Positions 1 to 14,571 of a stretch of 64,000 bases of DNA are shown piece after piece. The notes under the pieces are model-generated. The model was not told the origin of the DNA. It ran no database searches and saw only the letters and a list, made by a program, of their open reading frames with translations. The translations under genes were made by a program, and so were the position numbers. Source of the stretch: the human T2T-CHM13v2.0 reference genome, Homo sapiens; the NCBI RefSeq assembly GCF_009914755.1, contig NC_060928.1. One strand, written 5' to 3'. Every line of letters starts with the position of its first letter. The first letter of the stretch is position 1.

Positions 1-1069
1 GGTCTAAGTTTTCAGTTAATTCTGGAGTTCATTTTTCAGCCTATTTCTTTTCTCTTTTCCACTCCCTTTTTCCCCTCTTGTGCCACTGATAGCTTTTTCC
101 CTGTTCTGATTTTCTTTTATCTGAGTCAGTCTGACTTGTTCCAACAGGAAATTGATAATTTTGAAGTAATTTATAACTGCTAGAAAGGGGAATGAAGCAT
201 TTACGGTGGATGGAAAGTCTTCTTTTACTAAACATTTTGAGCATTTATGGTGAATGGAAAGTTTTGACCTAACTGCAGACTCATTTTTATGGACCAGCAT
301 AATATTTTTATGATTTGGGCATAGATCATCCAATGGAGAAATGTGTTTAATGTTTTTTTTTTACCCAAAAAAACATAAGAGTTCAATGTAGAAGTGACTG
401 AGCCTTACAAGCAGAACTGGCATCTGTGTAACACTTTTACTAGGGGTTTCTAAACATCATGAACCAGACGGCTCATGTCTTCGTCTATAAAGAAGCTGCC
501 CTAATCCCCTGATGAGGTTGGTGTACTCCAGGCTGGACACTCTCATGGGCTCTGAGGAGTGGGTTTTTCAGAGCAGCAGCTGCTTTATAGACCCATTAGG
601 CACAGCCTTGAGATTCACTGATAGATCCTTTTCATGTTTTCTGCTATCAGTTTAGCCACGTGGATTTCATTACCTTCTTGTTGCACCTAAAAATTTCTAA
701 AGCTTTTGAAAATGTGGGAAGATGTGACATAGACCGTGGTAGGATCATGGCTTTGACAAAGAACTTCTCTGGCCACAGGACTTCAGAAGCGGACAGAGGA
801 CAGTGAGCGCTTCTCTCAGTGCTGTGCGTGTCAGGGTCGGCAGGGAGGCCATATGCGCTTTTCAAAGACCAAAAGAATAGTGCTGGAGAACTGTCAGAGG
901 AGTTGTGAAATAGAAAAAACCCTGAATGAGTCTTTTGATCTTATAGAACAGGGTTCAGTTTGGGCAAGACTTATACATTAAGTTAGAGGCTGTCACGTTT
1001 TAGTCAATGGACTTGTCGTTTCCACCTGTATTCACAGAGGTGGTACAAAAATTAGTATGAAATCAGCTG

Positions 1070-1250
1070 CCACTTACTGAATGTTTGCCAAGTGCCAGAT
1101 AGAGTTCTCATTCCTTACATAAATGACTCCATTCATTCTACAAGTTTTTTGAGGTAGGTGGTAAAATACCCATTTTATAGATGAGGAAATGGGGAAGAGC
1201 AGTCAAGCAGTTACTAGTGAGTAGTGGAGCCACTTTGTCTGATGTCTAAG
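1070..1250 (-). mobile_element. MIR SINE
   Basis: MIR core cccattttatagatgaggaaa preceded by cacttactgaatgtttgccaagtgccag. Confidence 0.65.
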
Positions 1251-1742
1251 TACTTTATCTTAATTATTGTGTGTTTTTTTAAGGAGCTTAACAAAATTTA
1301 ATGCTATATAACTACTTACTGATTTTCTTGGGTCTGTTTTCTAGTAGATAAGATTTTCTTTCTTTTTTTGTGACATTTTATTATGAAAAATTTCAAACAT
1401 ATAGAAAAGTTGAAAGAATTATACCATGAGCACTCATATACCCACCATCCAGATTTTACAGTTTTAAAGACTTTGTTAATTTGCTTTATCATATATTTAT
1501 CTATTAGTCCACCTTATTTTTGCATGCCTTTCAAATTAGGTGATATCAGTACCCTTCATCCCTAAACACTTTAGCATGTATATCATTAACTAGAATTTAG
1601 TGTTTGCTTCCAATTTTGGGGAGATTAAATTTACATATGGTAGGTTATGCAAATCTTAAGTGTACCATTTGTTGAGTTTTGACCACTGCTGCTACATTCA
1701 GGTAGCTCAAACCCCTATCAAGATATAGAATATTTTCATCCT

Positions 1743-2044
<302 letters not shown>

Positions 2045-2177
2045 CTACCAGAAAGTAGCCCTATATTCGTCTTCTAGTCAGTCCTCACTACCCCTTCCCC
2101 CAGGTAACCACTGTTTTGATTTTTTTCACCTTAGATTAGTTTTGCCTGTTCTGGAATTTCTTATAAATGGCATCATA

Positions 2178-2180
<3 letters not shown>

Positions 2181-2215
<35 letters not shown>

Positions 2216-2495
2216 AGACAGAGTCTCACTCTGTCACCCAGGCTGGAGTGCAGTGGCGCTATCTTGGCTCACTGCAAGCCCCGCCTCCCAAGTTCACGCC
2301 ATTCTCCTGCCTCAGCCTCCTGAGTAGCTGGGACTACAGGTGCCTGCCACCACTCCCAGCTAATTGTTTATATTTTTAGTAGAGACGGGGTTTCACCGTG
2401 TTAGCCGTGATGGTCTCGATCTCCTGACCTTGTGATCTGCCCACCTCGGCCTTCCAAAGTGCTGGGATTACAGGTGTGAGCCACCGCGCCTGGCC
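2181..2495 (-). mobile_element. AluY-type, full length
   Basis: T34 tail, Y diagnostics (cactgcaagc, cacgccattctcc, caccgtgttagcc), 15-nt TSD ggcatcatactcttt. Confidence 0.96.
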
Positions 2496-2910
2496 GGCAT
2501 CATACTCTTTGAGTTCTGGCTCCTTCCACTTAGCATAACGTTTCTGAGACTCATCAGAAACGTTATGCTACATTGTTGCATGTATTAGTAGTTTGTTGTT
2601 GCATGTATCAGTTGCTTGTATCAGTAGTTTGTTCCTTTTTGTTCTGTGGTATTAATGTCAAGAGTTTCTTTCTCCATTCTCCTTCTGAGCTGCTTGATTA
2701 TGAATAAGGCTGCTGGTAGATACATTGTGCCAGCCTGGGATGGTGAGTTCTGAACTGAGAATTTCAGTATAGCATCAGGATTTAAAGCTTGAATACTTGA
2801 ATCCAAACTTTCATGCTTAGAGTTTACCCCATCTGTTGAAGGATGTGCAATATAATGACTGCAATAGAATTCACTGTGGAGCCTCCAAATTAGAAATTAT
2901 TGTCTGTGAG

Positions 2911-3041
2911 GGCCAGGCACGGTGGCTCACGCCTGTAATCCTAGCACTTTGGGAGGCTGAGATGGGAGGATTGTTTGAGGCCAGGAGTTTGAGACCAGCT
3001 TGGTCAATATAGCGAGACCCCCATCTCTGTTTTTTTTTTTT
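2911..3041 (+). mobile_element. FLAM (free left Alu monomer)
   Basis: Single left arm ggccaggcacggtggctcacgcc...ccatctct, flanked by direct repeat agaaattattgtct. Confidence 0.85.
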
Positions 3042-3349
3042 AAAGAAATTATTGTCTAAGAACCAGTGTCATCTTCCAAGGAGAAACTTCTAGATACTTG
3101 TTTTAAGATAAATAAGAAACAAGTCATTTCTAAATGTGAATTATTTTTTAAATGCAATTTTTTAAACATTTTATTTTAATTATGGCAATAGACGTGGAAA
3201 AGACTCTTTTTTGATAGTAGGGGAGAGCAGAAGAAACATTGAATTAAGTACACAGAGATTCTTCAGACCTGCTTTAAAAACACATGCATACAAATGCACT
3301 TCTGTCTCTTAGGATCTACTAACTGATGCTGCTTGCTTTAGTCTTTTAG

Positions 3350-3665
<316 letters not shown>

Positions 3666-4339
3666 CATATTTTCTTTATATATCAAAACAATTCAGCTTG
3701 CTTCACTTTTATGAAAGCTTTATTATGAGTTTGAAAGCAATTCTGCATTTTCTTAACATTGTAACTGGTGTTGAGTTGAAGGCAGGCCCCTGGGAGCCCT
3801 TTGTGGGCAATTCCCTTCACTCTGGAGGCTGCCTCGAGCCTGGACAGGCACTTACACTTGGTCAGTGATTGCACAGAACCGGTTGCAACAGATTCTGTGC
3901 ACCTCCCTGTGGCGCGTAGCATTTAGCAGGCACTTGGTCACTATTTGCTGAGTGAGTCTGTTACCTTAGGCGTGTATTTCCCGTGGACCTGCCTGGGGAT
4001 CATTGCTCATTCACTCATTTTGAACAAGCCAATATTACATGTCCAGGGTACGCTCTATAGTGTGAAACACAAAGGTAAATGATAGTTCCCCTTCTCAAAG
4101 GAATTTCTAAGGTAGTAGCCATTCTTTTGATGCATATTCTCATTCTCATAGAGAGTCCAATTATGGATAATTGGACAAAGCTGAATGTCGCTTTTATGAG
4201 AATCCATTCTTTCTCTTTTATGCTTTGAAAAATGTGTAGCATTCATTAGTGAATTAGGATTTCATTATTCAAAGAAGACATAAGGTCTTCGAACAGCAGA
4301 TGACTGAATAAAATAATACCTAACAGCAGTAGAATGAGG

Positions 4340-4930
4340 GGAGGACATATTCAAGGAACATTTTATGCCCATTAGATTGGCAGAAATTTTTAAAAAGTGA
4401 CAATACCGTATAAAGGTGAACTTTCCTATACTGATACTGGGAACATGAATTTGTACCATTCAGGGAAGAGAAACTTGATAATATCTGGTGTAGTCTGAAG
4501 GGGCACAGTCCCTGTGACCCAGTGAGGACATTCCTCATTATTTCCCTTGCCAAACATTTCACATGAGTCTATAAGGAGCTCTATATAAGAGAGGTCACTG
4601 CAGCCTCCTTTGTAAGAGCAAGAAAAAAAAGCAAATAAGTGTTTAACAATAGGAACATAGATAAATTAGGTTATGCAGTGAATATTTGCACTCTGACTAA
4701 AGTGAGTGAATCAAAAAAAATTTGTCAACAGGAATAAATCTCAAAAATAATATTGAAAGAAGAAAGCTAATTTACAGAAGGATGTGTACAGTATGACACC
4801 ATTCATTTAGTTTCAACTACATATCTTTTATGGACACATACATATAAAAGCAGAAAACATGAATTGATAGGATAAACACCAAATATTTCTGCATATGGCC
4901 AGGTGTGGGGAAGTAGTGGTGATTAAGCTT
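4340..4930 (+). mobile_element. Old L1ME-type fragment
   Basis: Degenerate L1 3' motifs: attttatgcccattagattggcagaaattt; ggtcactgcagcctcctttgtaagagcaa; aaatctcaaaaataatattgaaagaagaaagc. Confidence 0.55.
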
Positions 4931-4970
4931 CAAAGATGTCTGCAGTGGTTCCCATTAAAAGTAGAAAGTA

Positions 4971-5667
<697 letters not shown>

Positions 5668-5993
5668 TAAGCCTCATGACAGCTCTGCGAGGAAAGTTCA
5701 CTATACGTCTTCAGGCTGCAGGTAGAGGACCTGAAAGGGACAGGAGGTAACAGTCTGGCCAAGACCACAGAGCCAGGGAATAGCAGAGGAACATTTCACC
5801 TGGGCATTGCACTCCAGAGCTGGGCTTCTCACTGTTCTCAACCCCTGGCAAATGCTCACTTGAACAAAGCCAGGTGGTGATACAAAGGTATTTGTTATAT
5901 TAGTCTCTACACTTTTCTGTGTGCTTGAAATAACTGCAACAAAGAATATATCAGTATTTAGAGTAATGGGGGATTTGCTTGTGTGTGTTTGTA

Positions 5994-6280
5994 TTTTTGA
6001 GATGGAGTCTCGCTCTGTCGCCCAGGCTGGAGTGCAGTAGCATGATCTTGGCTCACTGCAACCTCCGGCTTCTGAGTTCAAGCGATTCTCCTGCCTCAGC
6101 CTCCTGAGTAACTGGGATTACAGGTGTGCGCCACTACACCCGGCTGTTTTTTGTATTTTTAGTAGAGACAGGGTTTCCCCGTGTTGGCCAGGCTGATCTC
6201 AAACTCCCGACCTCAGGTGGTCCACCCACCTTGGCCTCCCAAAGTGCTGAGATTACAGGCATGAGCCACTGCGCCTGGCC
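5994..6280 (-). mobile_element. Alu (Sx-like)
   Basis: Full antisense Alu ending gcgcctggcc. Confidence 0.95.
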
Positions 6281-6394
6281 GTTTTTTTTTCTAACGAAAT
6301 TATTTTCTAACAGAAAGCAATCAGGTGAGAATCCACATAAGAAACAATTTAATTCAGAGATTTTTGTTGCATATTAAAAAAAAAATGTACCTTC

Positions 6395-6683
6395 GGCTGG
6401 GTGTGGTAGCTCACTCCTGTAATCCCAGCACTTTGGGAGGCTGAGGCAGGTAGATCACTTGAGCTCAGGAGTTTGAGATCAGCCTGGCCAACATGGTGAA
6501 ACCCCGTCTCTACAAAAACTACAAAAAATTAGCTGTGTGTAGTCCCAGCTACTCTGGGGGCCGAGGGAGAAGGATTGCTTGAACCTGGGAGGTCAAGACT
6601 GCAGTGAGCCATGATTGTGGCCCTGTACTCCAGCCTGGGCAACAAAGTGAGACCCTGGCACCCTGTCTCAAAAAAAAAAAAAA
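6395..6683 (+). mobile_element. Alu (J-like)
   Basis: Dimeric Alu with J-type ggattgcttga and ggtcaagactgcagtgagccatgatt, A tail. Confidence 0.92.
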
Positions 6684-7009
6684 GTACCTCCTTGTAAATA
6701 AGTAACACTAAGACTTCATTTAGTGGTTGTCAAGCAAACTCCATTGTATTTTTATTTTCAGTTTTTATGGCTAGTAGTTAAGGGAGAGAAGCTTGGTTGC
6801 AGAGAAGAATGAAAGGATGATGGGAAAATAAAAGTAGGAGAGAGGAAAACGCAAGAAAGCAAGAGATCTGTAGAAAGGGATGAAGGAATTGTATAGGCAG
6901 AGAGAATAGGTTCTTTAATTGAGAAATTTATGTTGTCTCACCTTCTGAAATGCCCCCAAAGGTAAGTTATTGTTTTATTTTGAAAAGCTAATGATAGCTA
7001 CCTTTCTAC

Positions 7010-7200
7010 CACGCTGTGTTCAATGTTTTACACACTTTACCTGTTTGAGTCTCACAACACAGTGTTATGATTCGATCTTGCCATTGGTCTCACTTTACTG
7101 AAGAGGAAGTTTGAGGCTCAGAAAAGTAAGAAACTGGCCGAAGACCACGGTTAGTGAAGACAGATCTCTGATCCAGTTGCAGAGTCTGAGCAATAAACTA
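7010..7200 (-). mobile_element. MIR SINE
   Basis: ctcactttactgaagaggaagtttgaggctcagaaaagtaagaaactggccgaagaccac resembles the MIR core. Confidence 0.6.
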
Positions 7201-7440
7201 CTTCAACTGATTGGTTTCAAAGCACATTTCGTCATTTTACTTGGGGTAATCAAAGCAACTCTCTGAGGCAAAATTATTTCCTGGACTTGCAGCCATGTCA
7301 CTAAGGAGCAGATGAGGTGAGATCACAGACAGGATCAGAATGATGGCCTGGTGCCAAAAAGATGTGTCCTAGAGATTTTTCATTCCTTTAAGAAGCAGAG
7401 AAGGGAGCGATAAATGACTTTTCGTTTTTCACTTTTTTAG

Positions 7441-7569
7441 ACATCGCAGATGGCAGCAGAGAATATTGGAAGTGAATTACCACCCAGTGCCACTCGATTT
7501 AGGCTAGATATGCTGAAAAACAAAGCAAAGAGATCTTTAACAGAGTCTTTAGAAAGTATTTTGTCCCGG
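7441..7569 (+). CDS. TBC1D1: TBC1D1 internal coding exon (about aa 472-514 of canonical isoform; phase 0-0)
   Basis: Acceptor ttttcacttttttAG ends 7440, donor GTAAGT at 7570. 129 nt translate TSQMAAENIGSELPPSATRFRLDMLKNKAKRSLTESLESILSR, recognised as TBC1D1 including the KRSLTES (T505/S507) site. Confidence 0.97.
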
Positions 7570-7957
7570 GTAAGTAGCATAATTTCTCCTGATTTAAGTT
7601 AAATCACTTTTTAGGAGAGTGTAAGATTGAGTTCTATGCTTTTATTCCATCAATGTTCATCATAAAGGTAAAAGTATAAAACCTTTTTTTATGTTTTCTC
7701 AGGCTTATAACAGTATTATCTACATTTTAAATTGTTTTTAATTTGGCCTAGGTTTAAAAAAAATATTCCTTACTCTTTTGTATTATATCCAATGGGATTT
7801 TTTTGCCGCTCCAAAGAATATTTGTTAGCCAGTCCCTATAAAGAGCATGCATTAGATACACTGAAGTGTGGCTTCTGTTCTCCCTACTATCACTATGTAT
7901 AACTTAAAAAACAGTTACTGTCAGCTGCTGGTGTTAGCTATCTAAAAGGCTATATAG

Positions 7958-8170
7958 TAGGGGTCAGCAAACTATGCCCATGGGCCAAATTCTACCCACC
8001 TCCTATTTTTGTAAATAAAGTTTTGTTGAAACACCGCCACATCCATTCATTTTCCAGTTATCTAAGGCTTCTTTTTTGCAGACTTCAGCAGTTGCCACAA
8101 ACACTATATGCCTCACAAAGCATAAGACACTTACTATCTGGCCCTTTACAGAAAAAGTTTGCCAAATATA
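7958..8170 (+). mobile_element. MER58A (hAT-Charlie MITE)
   Basis: aggggtcagcaaactatgcccatgggccaaat...tttgtaaataaagttttgttgaaacac...ttactatctggccctttacagaaaaagtttgcc. Confidence 0.85.
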
Positions 8171-8895
8171 GCTCTATAGAAAGAACAAAGTACACATGTA
8201 CATCAATCTGGGAGTTCTTTAAGAAATTATCCCTCCCTCCCATGAGTGTAAATAGCCTGATGGCACGTCTGAGAAATCAAATCTGATTTTCCCTCAGAGT
8301 TTCACACCTTTCTGGAGTGTGCAGTATCTTATTATAGTTCTTTTTGATTTTATGGCACACTTCTTTTGAAACATCTGATTTTATTTTATTTTTTAATTAA
8401 GGAAAGTTAAATTTTATTTTCTTCGAAGATGTTTCTGAGAATTTTGCAATATCTTCTGAGATCATGAAAAACAGTTGATTTACAAAACCAGAGTTGGGAG
8501 GGGCTGCATTTGAGAGCTCCCAAAGGGATAGAGTGCTGTCCGAGTGACATGCGGCTGGCCGTTATGATGACTTGTGACCCAGGGGAGGGAGTTAGTTGCT
8601 GAGTGGGCTTGAGCACTTGATTTTCCTTATAGACGAATTGTCTTGTCTTCCTGCCTATCACTCATGCCAAATTACTTAGCCACCAGGTGTTTTGGAACGT
8701 TTAGGTTAGTGTCTTATTTATTTTTTAAAAAAATGATGGAAATGTTGATTATTTTAATGTACAAATATCCTTAGTAGCATTTCTCAGTAGATAACATTTT
8801 TTTCCTGAGCTTATTTAAATGGACCAATCTGCTTCTAGCTGATGCCTTTGCAAAAGCCTCCAGAGTCATAACTCGACTGCCTTTTCTTTATGTAG

Positions 8896-8982
8896 GGTAA
8901 TAAAGCCAGAGGCCTGCAGGAACACTCCATCAGTGTGGATCTGGATAGCTCCCTGTCTAGTACATTAAGTAACACCAGCAAA
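8896..8982 (+). CDS. TBC1D1: TBC1D1 internal coding exon (phase 0-0)
   Basis: cttttctttatgtAG|GGT...AAA|GTAAGC. 87 nt = GNKARGLQEHSISVDLDSSLSSTLSNTSK, in frame with both neighbouring exons. Confidence 0.96.
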
Positions 8983-9161
8983 GTAAGCACATTTCTCTTT
9001 ATACGACACCCTGAAGAAACCAACAAATAGGTCTTGCTCATCTCCTGTCTACATACCTCCAATCATAAAACGTTTGCTGCTTGCAAATTTCTTGGCACAG
9101 GTGGAGGACTGGTCATGCAGTTCTATCATAACATAAAAGTTTTACATAAAAGAGCAGATGG

Positions 9162-9506
<345 letters not shown>

Positions 9507-9567
9507 TCAGAAAGTGGATTTGTGAATTTAGAGAAGTATACAGCTTAAATTTTTCTTTTTTTAAGAA

Positions 9568-9730
9568 AATTTTATTTTGGATTTGGGGGTACATGTGCAT
9601 GTTTATTACATGGGTATATTGCATACTGGTGGGGATTGGGCTTCTAGTGTACCCATCACCCAAATAGTGAACATTGTACCCAGTAGGTAATTTTTCAACC
9701 TTCACACCCCCTTTCATTCTCCCCCACTTG
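9568..9730 (-). mobile_element. L1 (L1PB/L1MA-type) 3' end fragment
   Basis: gggggtacatgtgcatgtttattacatgggtatattgcat...tgtacccatcacccaaatagtgaacattgtacccagtaggtaatttttcaacc. Confidence 0.85.
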
Positions 9731-10302
9731 TGGGGAAATTAAATTTCTGAAACTTTATCCTGTAGCTGGCTCTATGATTATAATGAAACATTACTGTTTT
9801 ATTTAAATAAGCAAGTATCTATGTCCTTCTTTTAATAACTTGCTTTCTAGACATTTAATCATATTTAAGCCTGGTCAGTTCAACTTTATAACTCCTGAAA
9901 AGTGGGTTTGGGTTTTGTGCTAGGGAGGCCAGCTTTCCCTTCTGCTACCAGAGGACTCTCTTTGGCAGTAGTGAGGGAGGGAGTGTTTGTGGAGGCCAGC
10001 TCCTTACCACAGGCAGGGTTTACAGTCCTCTGCCATCCCTCCTAGACATATGGCTTTCAGAATTTTTCTAACCTACAGTAAGAAGCACATTTAACATTGT
10101 GGCGTAGTTCACAAACACACATACCTACACATTCACACACAAAATTAAAAGTTCACAAAACAATATTTACTGTGAACAACATACAATACATACTGATATT
10201 TTGTTCTATTTTATTTTTAAAATGCTCATGGCAAACTACTCAGTTGTACCACCTACTAACATGATAGAGGGAGCAGTTTGAGAAACACTTCCTTAGATGG
10301 AT

Positions 10303-10505
10303 GAGTGCTTCTCAAATTTCAGGTGCTCCGCCTCCCGGGTTCAGGCCATTCTCTTGCCTCAGCCTCCTGAGTAGCTGAGACTGGTTAAAGTGCAGATTCT
10401 GGTTCAGTAGGCAGGGTGGGGGGAGCCCTGAAATGCTGCATTTCTGACAAGCTCCAAGGCAATGCTGCTGCTCCTGGTCTGCAGACCGCCTCTGGGGAGT
10501 GAGGT
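10303..10505. mobile_element. MER5-family hAT MITE interrupted by a 58-nt Alu fragment (10325-10382)
   Basis: agtgcttctcaaattt ... aaagtgcagattctggttcagtagg ... ctgcatttctgacaagctcc, with internal Alu text gctccgcctcccgggttcaggccattctcttgcctcagcctcctgagtagctgagact. Confidence 0.75.
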
Positions 10506-12696
10506 CCTAGACAGCAGTCTTGTAAATGTGAGTTTCTGAGTTAAAATCCAGGGGAACATAGTGTCGTCCAGCCTCCATCTAATACACACTGATCCCACCC
10601 TGCAATTCATTGCAAGTGTGGGAAGGCTATTTGCTTATTTGTTGTGTACAGATGAACCACACACCGCCCCTTTCATGTAGGAAGTTACCTAGGAGGAGAG
10701 AGATGACAGATACAGAAACAGCCCCAGCATCAAGCAGAGTGTGGTAGGAGCCCAGAAGTTACAAATAAGAGACATTGGTAACTTCAGTGTCAGAAGAGCA
10801 AGGGGAAGGGAAGTTAGGTTTGGTCAGTGGAACCAGGGAAAAGGTGAGGGGTGAGGGGGCAGTGATGCTTTTGGACTAAATCTTGGTGTAGGAATTGTGC
10901 CTATGGAAGTGAACAGAGAAGAAGGCATTCTAGACAGACCAGTGTCAATAGACATACCATGAAGACATTCATGTCACTCAGTGGGCTTTCCAGTAAGCCT
11001 TATTGCTTGCTTTTTATTTTTCTCCAAAAGGCAGATCTAGGAATATATACATATTCATTCTTCAGGACTCGATAGTTGTGAAGATTCTTTTAAAAGGATT
11101 TAAAAGTCTGTCTAAGATTGCAATTTCTAGAGTCATTCTAAGAGAGATGCAACTTTTCAGAAGCTGCTTGTATGTATTGTATATGTTTAAGTGTACTTTA
11201 CATCTTTCTTTTATTCATCTTGAATTGAGAAACTACTATATTCTATTTTATGTAATTGGATCCCTTCTAAAAAATTGATCACCTAGGAGTTGCAAAGAAA
11301 CCAAATAGCCCTGAAACTTGACAAATGAAAATGGCCCTTTCAGTTGTCCAATTAAGCTAAGGGTTAGCTCTTTGATATGATTTGGAGGGATATTAGTAAG
11401 AATTTAGATCAACAGGTTTGCATGATGGAGATTGTGTTCTGTGATGTATTGTCTTAGAGAGACTTTTAAATCCTTAAAAGAATCTTCACAACTGTTGAGT
11501 CCTGAAGAATGAAAAACTTCAGTTATGAAAGTAATCAATATTTCATAGTATGTTGGGAATTTTTTCCTAATTCTTATACAATTAAATGTATGTAACTTCT
11601 CCCTTTGGTAAACACATTTCTTTTTTTTTTTTTTTCAAATTAAAACCCTCAATACTTGTTACCTAAAAGGCACTCAACTGTGTAAATGAACAGGTAGAAT
11701 TCAGTCTCCAGTCCACTGTTAGATGCATTCATTCTTGTTTACTCTATTCCTGTTGATTTATTTTTTCTCTTCCAACAATTTCAATAGGAGCAAGCTGCTA
11801 CAATTCCTCTTTTTGAATATTTTGAATATATTAAAAATATATTGGCCACTAGCCACGTCCTGGGTGCAGTGTTAAACATCAGTTTGCTTGAGTGGTAGTA
11901 GTTCATTCCTTTGAAAAAGCGTGCATCGTGAAGGCATACAACTTTAAAATATTGTCATGATTCTCAACAAATGTTTGAGCACTCACTCCATAGATTTATT
12001 GCATACCTAATAAAACAATAACTTATGTTTGTGTAACATTTTACAACATAAAAAGTACTTTTGGTTGTATCATCTTGCTTTGTTCTTGAAACTCAGATAC
12101 ATTTTTACTTTACCCTCTTACAGAAGAAATTGAGGTGCAGAAAGAAATTATTTGCCCTGAATTGCAGCAGTAAGTGCCTACAGAGTGATTTTCCATATTC
12201 TAAGAATATTGATACAGTTCTTAATCTCAAATTATGAAGTCGAATCTCAACAGTAGATCAGATTCGGAGAGAGCCTTAAAATGTGGGTTTAACATGAGTG
12301 AACACATGTGGCAAAGATAAAGAACTTGGTTAAGCAGTGGAGACAAGTTCTCCAGCACTCACACCCCTTAGAAGCTGCAGTAAACAGTCCTGTTTTCTAG
12401 AGAGAGGGCACTATTCATGGCGTTGTTCAGAACGTTACAGATTGTGGCTTATGTCCTTCACTCCTGCACTTGGCCAGTCTCCCCATTTCTCCAGCAAGCC
12501 AGCAGTGTGTCCTTGAGGAGCGGGCATTTATTTAATGGACCTTCATTTTCTTCTGCTTTTGGTGGTGGCTTCTAGATGGCATTATAATCAGAACACATAC
12601 TTAGATACTGCAATGTTTGCCCGTGCAGGAACTAGAGATTTATAAATCCCACATATTCCCCATGGTGTGTCTGATCTGCTGTGTGTTTGCTCCCAG

Positions 12697-12977
12697 GAGC
12701 CATCTGTGTGTGAAAAGGAGGCCTTGCCCATCTCTGAGAGCTCCTTTAAGCTCCTCGGCTCCTCGGAGGACCTGTCCAGTGACTCGGAGAGTCATCTCCC
12801 AGAAGAGCCAGCTCCGCTGTCGCCCCAGCAGGCCTTCAGGAGGCGAGCAAACACCCTGAGTCACTTCCCCATCGAATGCCAGGAACCTCCACAACCTGCC
12901 CGGGGGTCCCCGGGGGTTTCGCAAAGGAAACTTATGAGGTATCACTCAGTGAGCACAGAGACGCCTCATGAACGAAA
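12697..12977 (+). CDS. TBC1D1: TBC1D1 coding exon containing RRRANT (Thr596) and RYHS (Ser627) phosphosites (phase 0-2)
   Basis: tgtttgctcccAG|GAG...CGA AA|GTAAGA. 281 nt, EPSVCEKE...QAFRRRANTLSHF...RYHSVSTETPHER, matching ORF 12667..12981. Codon spacing T505/T596/S627 is self-consistent across the three exons. Confidence 0.98.
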
Positions 12978-14571
12978 GTAAGATTTGTTTAAATTTGTTG
13001 CATAAATAGCTGGGGCATATCTGTGACTAGCCAGGTATGTGCATCCCAGGTATGTTTATTGAGTGAGAGAAATGAGTCAGGCTTTACTCTTGGTTTGGAG
13101 ATAAAACTGGAAGCAGTGACATGTTCGTTCGAGCTGCTTGTGAGTATACAAGCAATGGGTACTTGTATTGTCAGGAAGCAAGTGAAAGTGAGCAAAAATG
13201 GTACCTAACATGCATAGTCATTACTCCTCAAACAAAGTAAGAGACGTTGTTGACTGTGGAACTTTGCTGCTGTGAGGAAGAGGGCAAGCGGATGAGTCTC
13301 CCCATCTGAAGCCCTGGAGCAGGGTTATAATGGGAGGGAGAGGCGCTGATCCTTACAGGCAGAGCAAGAGAGGTATGCTGGCCTCATAGGGTGACAGGGG
13401 TGCTTCAGCTTCTGGTCCTAGCTCTGCCGTGAACTAATTGTGACCTGGACGAATTTGCTAAATTCTCTGAATAACAAAATTGGAGTAGATGTTTTCTAAA
13501 ATCTCTCACTGTAAGAATTCTAGATTCTTCTAACAAGATTTATTCATTGTAATAGTTGGGTTCCTGTGACCAGTTAGAATCGTCTGGTTATGGAGAAGAG
13601 TAATCAGAAGTTCCCCCCATTCCTTCCAAGTGTCCCTTAGTGATTCATTTAACTCTGTGTGCCAGAGACTATAAATGGACACAGTTATCTTTAAAAACAA
13701 CTTTAAACAATTTTAAAAATCTCTCACCTAATATGAATCAAGGTCACACCTGTGTACAGTCGCTGCCTTCTTCTGACCAGCAGCCGCAGAAGTCCCAGGA
13801 CCTATGTGTTCGTGTAGTTCATACACGGATCATTGAGAGTGTGAGTTAGTACAGAAGTGTTTGGAATGTTCTGAGTAAAGAAGTGTGAGCATTAACAGTC
13901 CTGGATGATGGAGCAGAGCCTCCCAGCTTTGTTTTCTGTCAGCCATTGGAAAGAGTTCTTGGTTCTTTGGAATTCAGCGGGGTAGTGGTGATCCCAAAAG
14001 CAGGGGACATGTCAGAAGGTACTGCTTAATAAATACACGCTTTTAGAGACACACATCGTTGGGTTGTAGCTGTGTAAGTTTCTTGTGTTTAACACCCTGT
14101 CTGCACATTACTTCTGTGCTGCCTCACCACTGCCTGCCCACTCCTCTGTTGTTGGCGTTTTCAGTGATCATTGAAACATTCCTGTCTGGAGAGTCCTAGT
14201 TCTCTTGTGAAGTCTGCTGTTTCTCAAAAGCCAGAGTTGATAGGACTTAGTATCAGTACTTTTCCTTTCTCCATGAAGAATGTAGCTTTATAATAGATGA
14301 TGTCACACATCCGTAATGGGAGGGATGAGGAGATGCCTGTCTGTCTGCCTCTCTAGCATGGCCCATTCTGCTTTCTTTCCCCCTTGTGAGCTCTTTTCCG
14401 ATTTATCTACAGGAAATAAGACATTGAAATTCAGGGCAGAATATTGTTCATTTTAAAGGGAAATGTATTTTTTAAAGTTCAGTTTTTTTTTGCTTTTGTT
14501 TATACTTTAATTAAAAATTTTTTTTCCTGCCAGTTCCTGAAAAAGAAAATAGAGAAAGAAATATTATTGTT

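Noticed and set aside
12617-12945. Overlapping alternative-frame and antisense ORFs over exon 12697
   Set aside because: These are shadows of a GC-rich coding exon.
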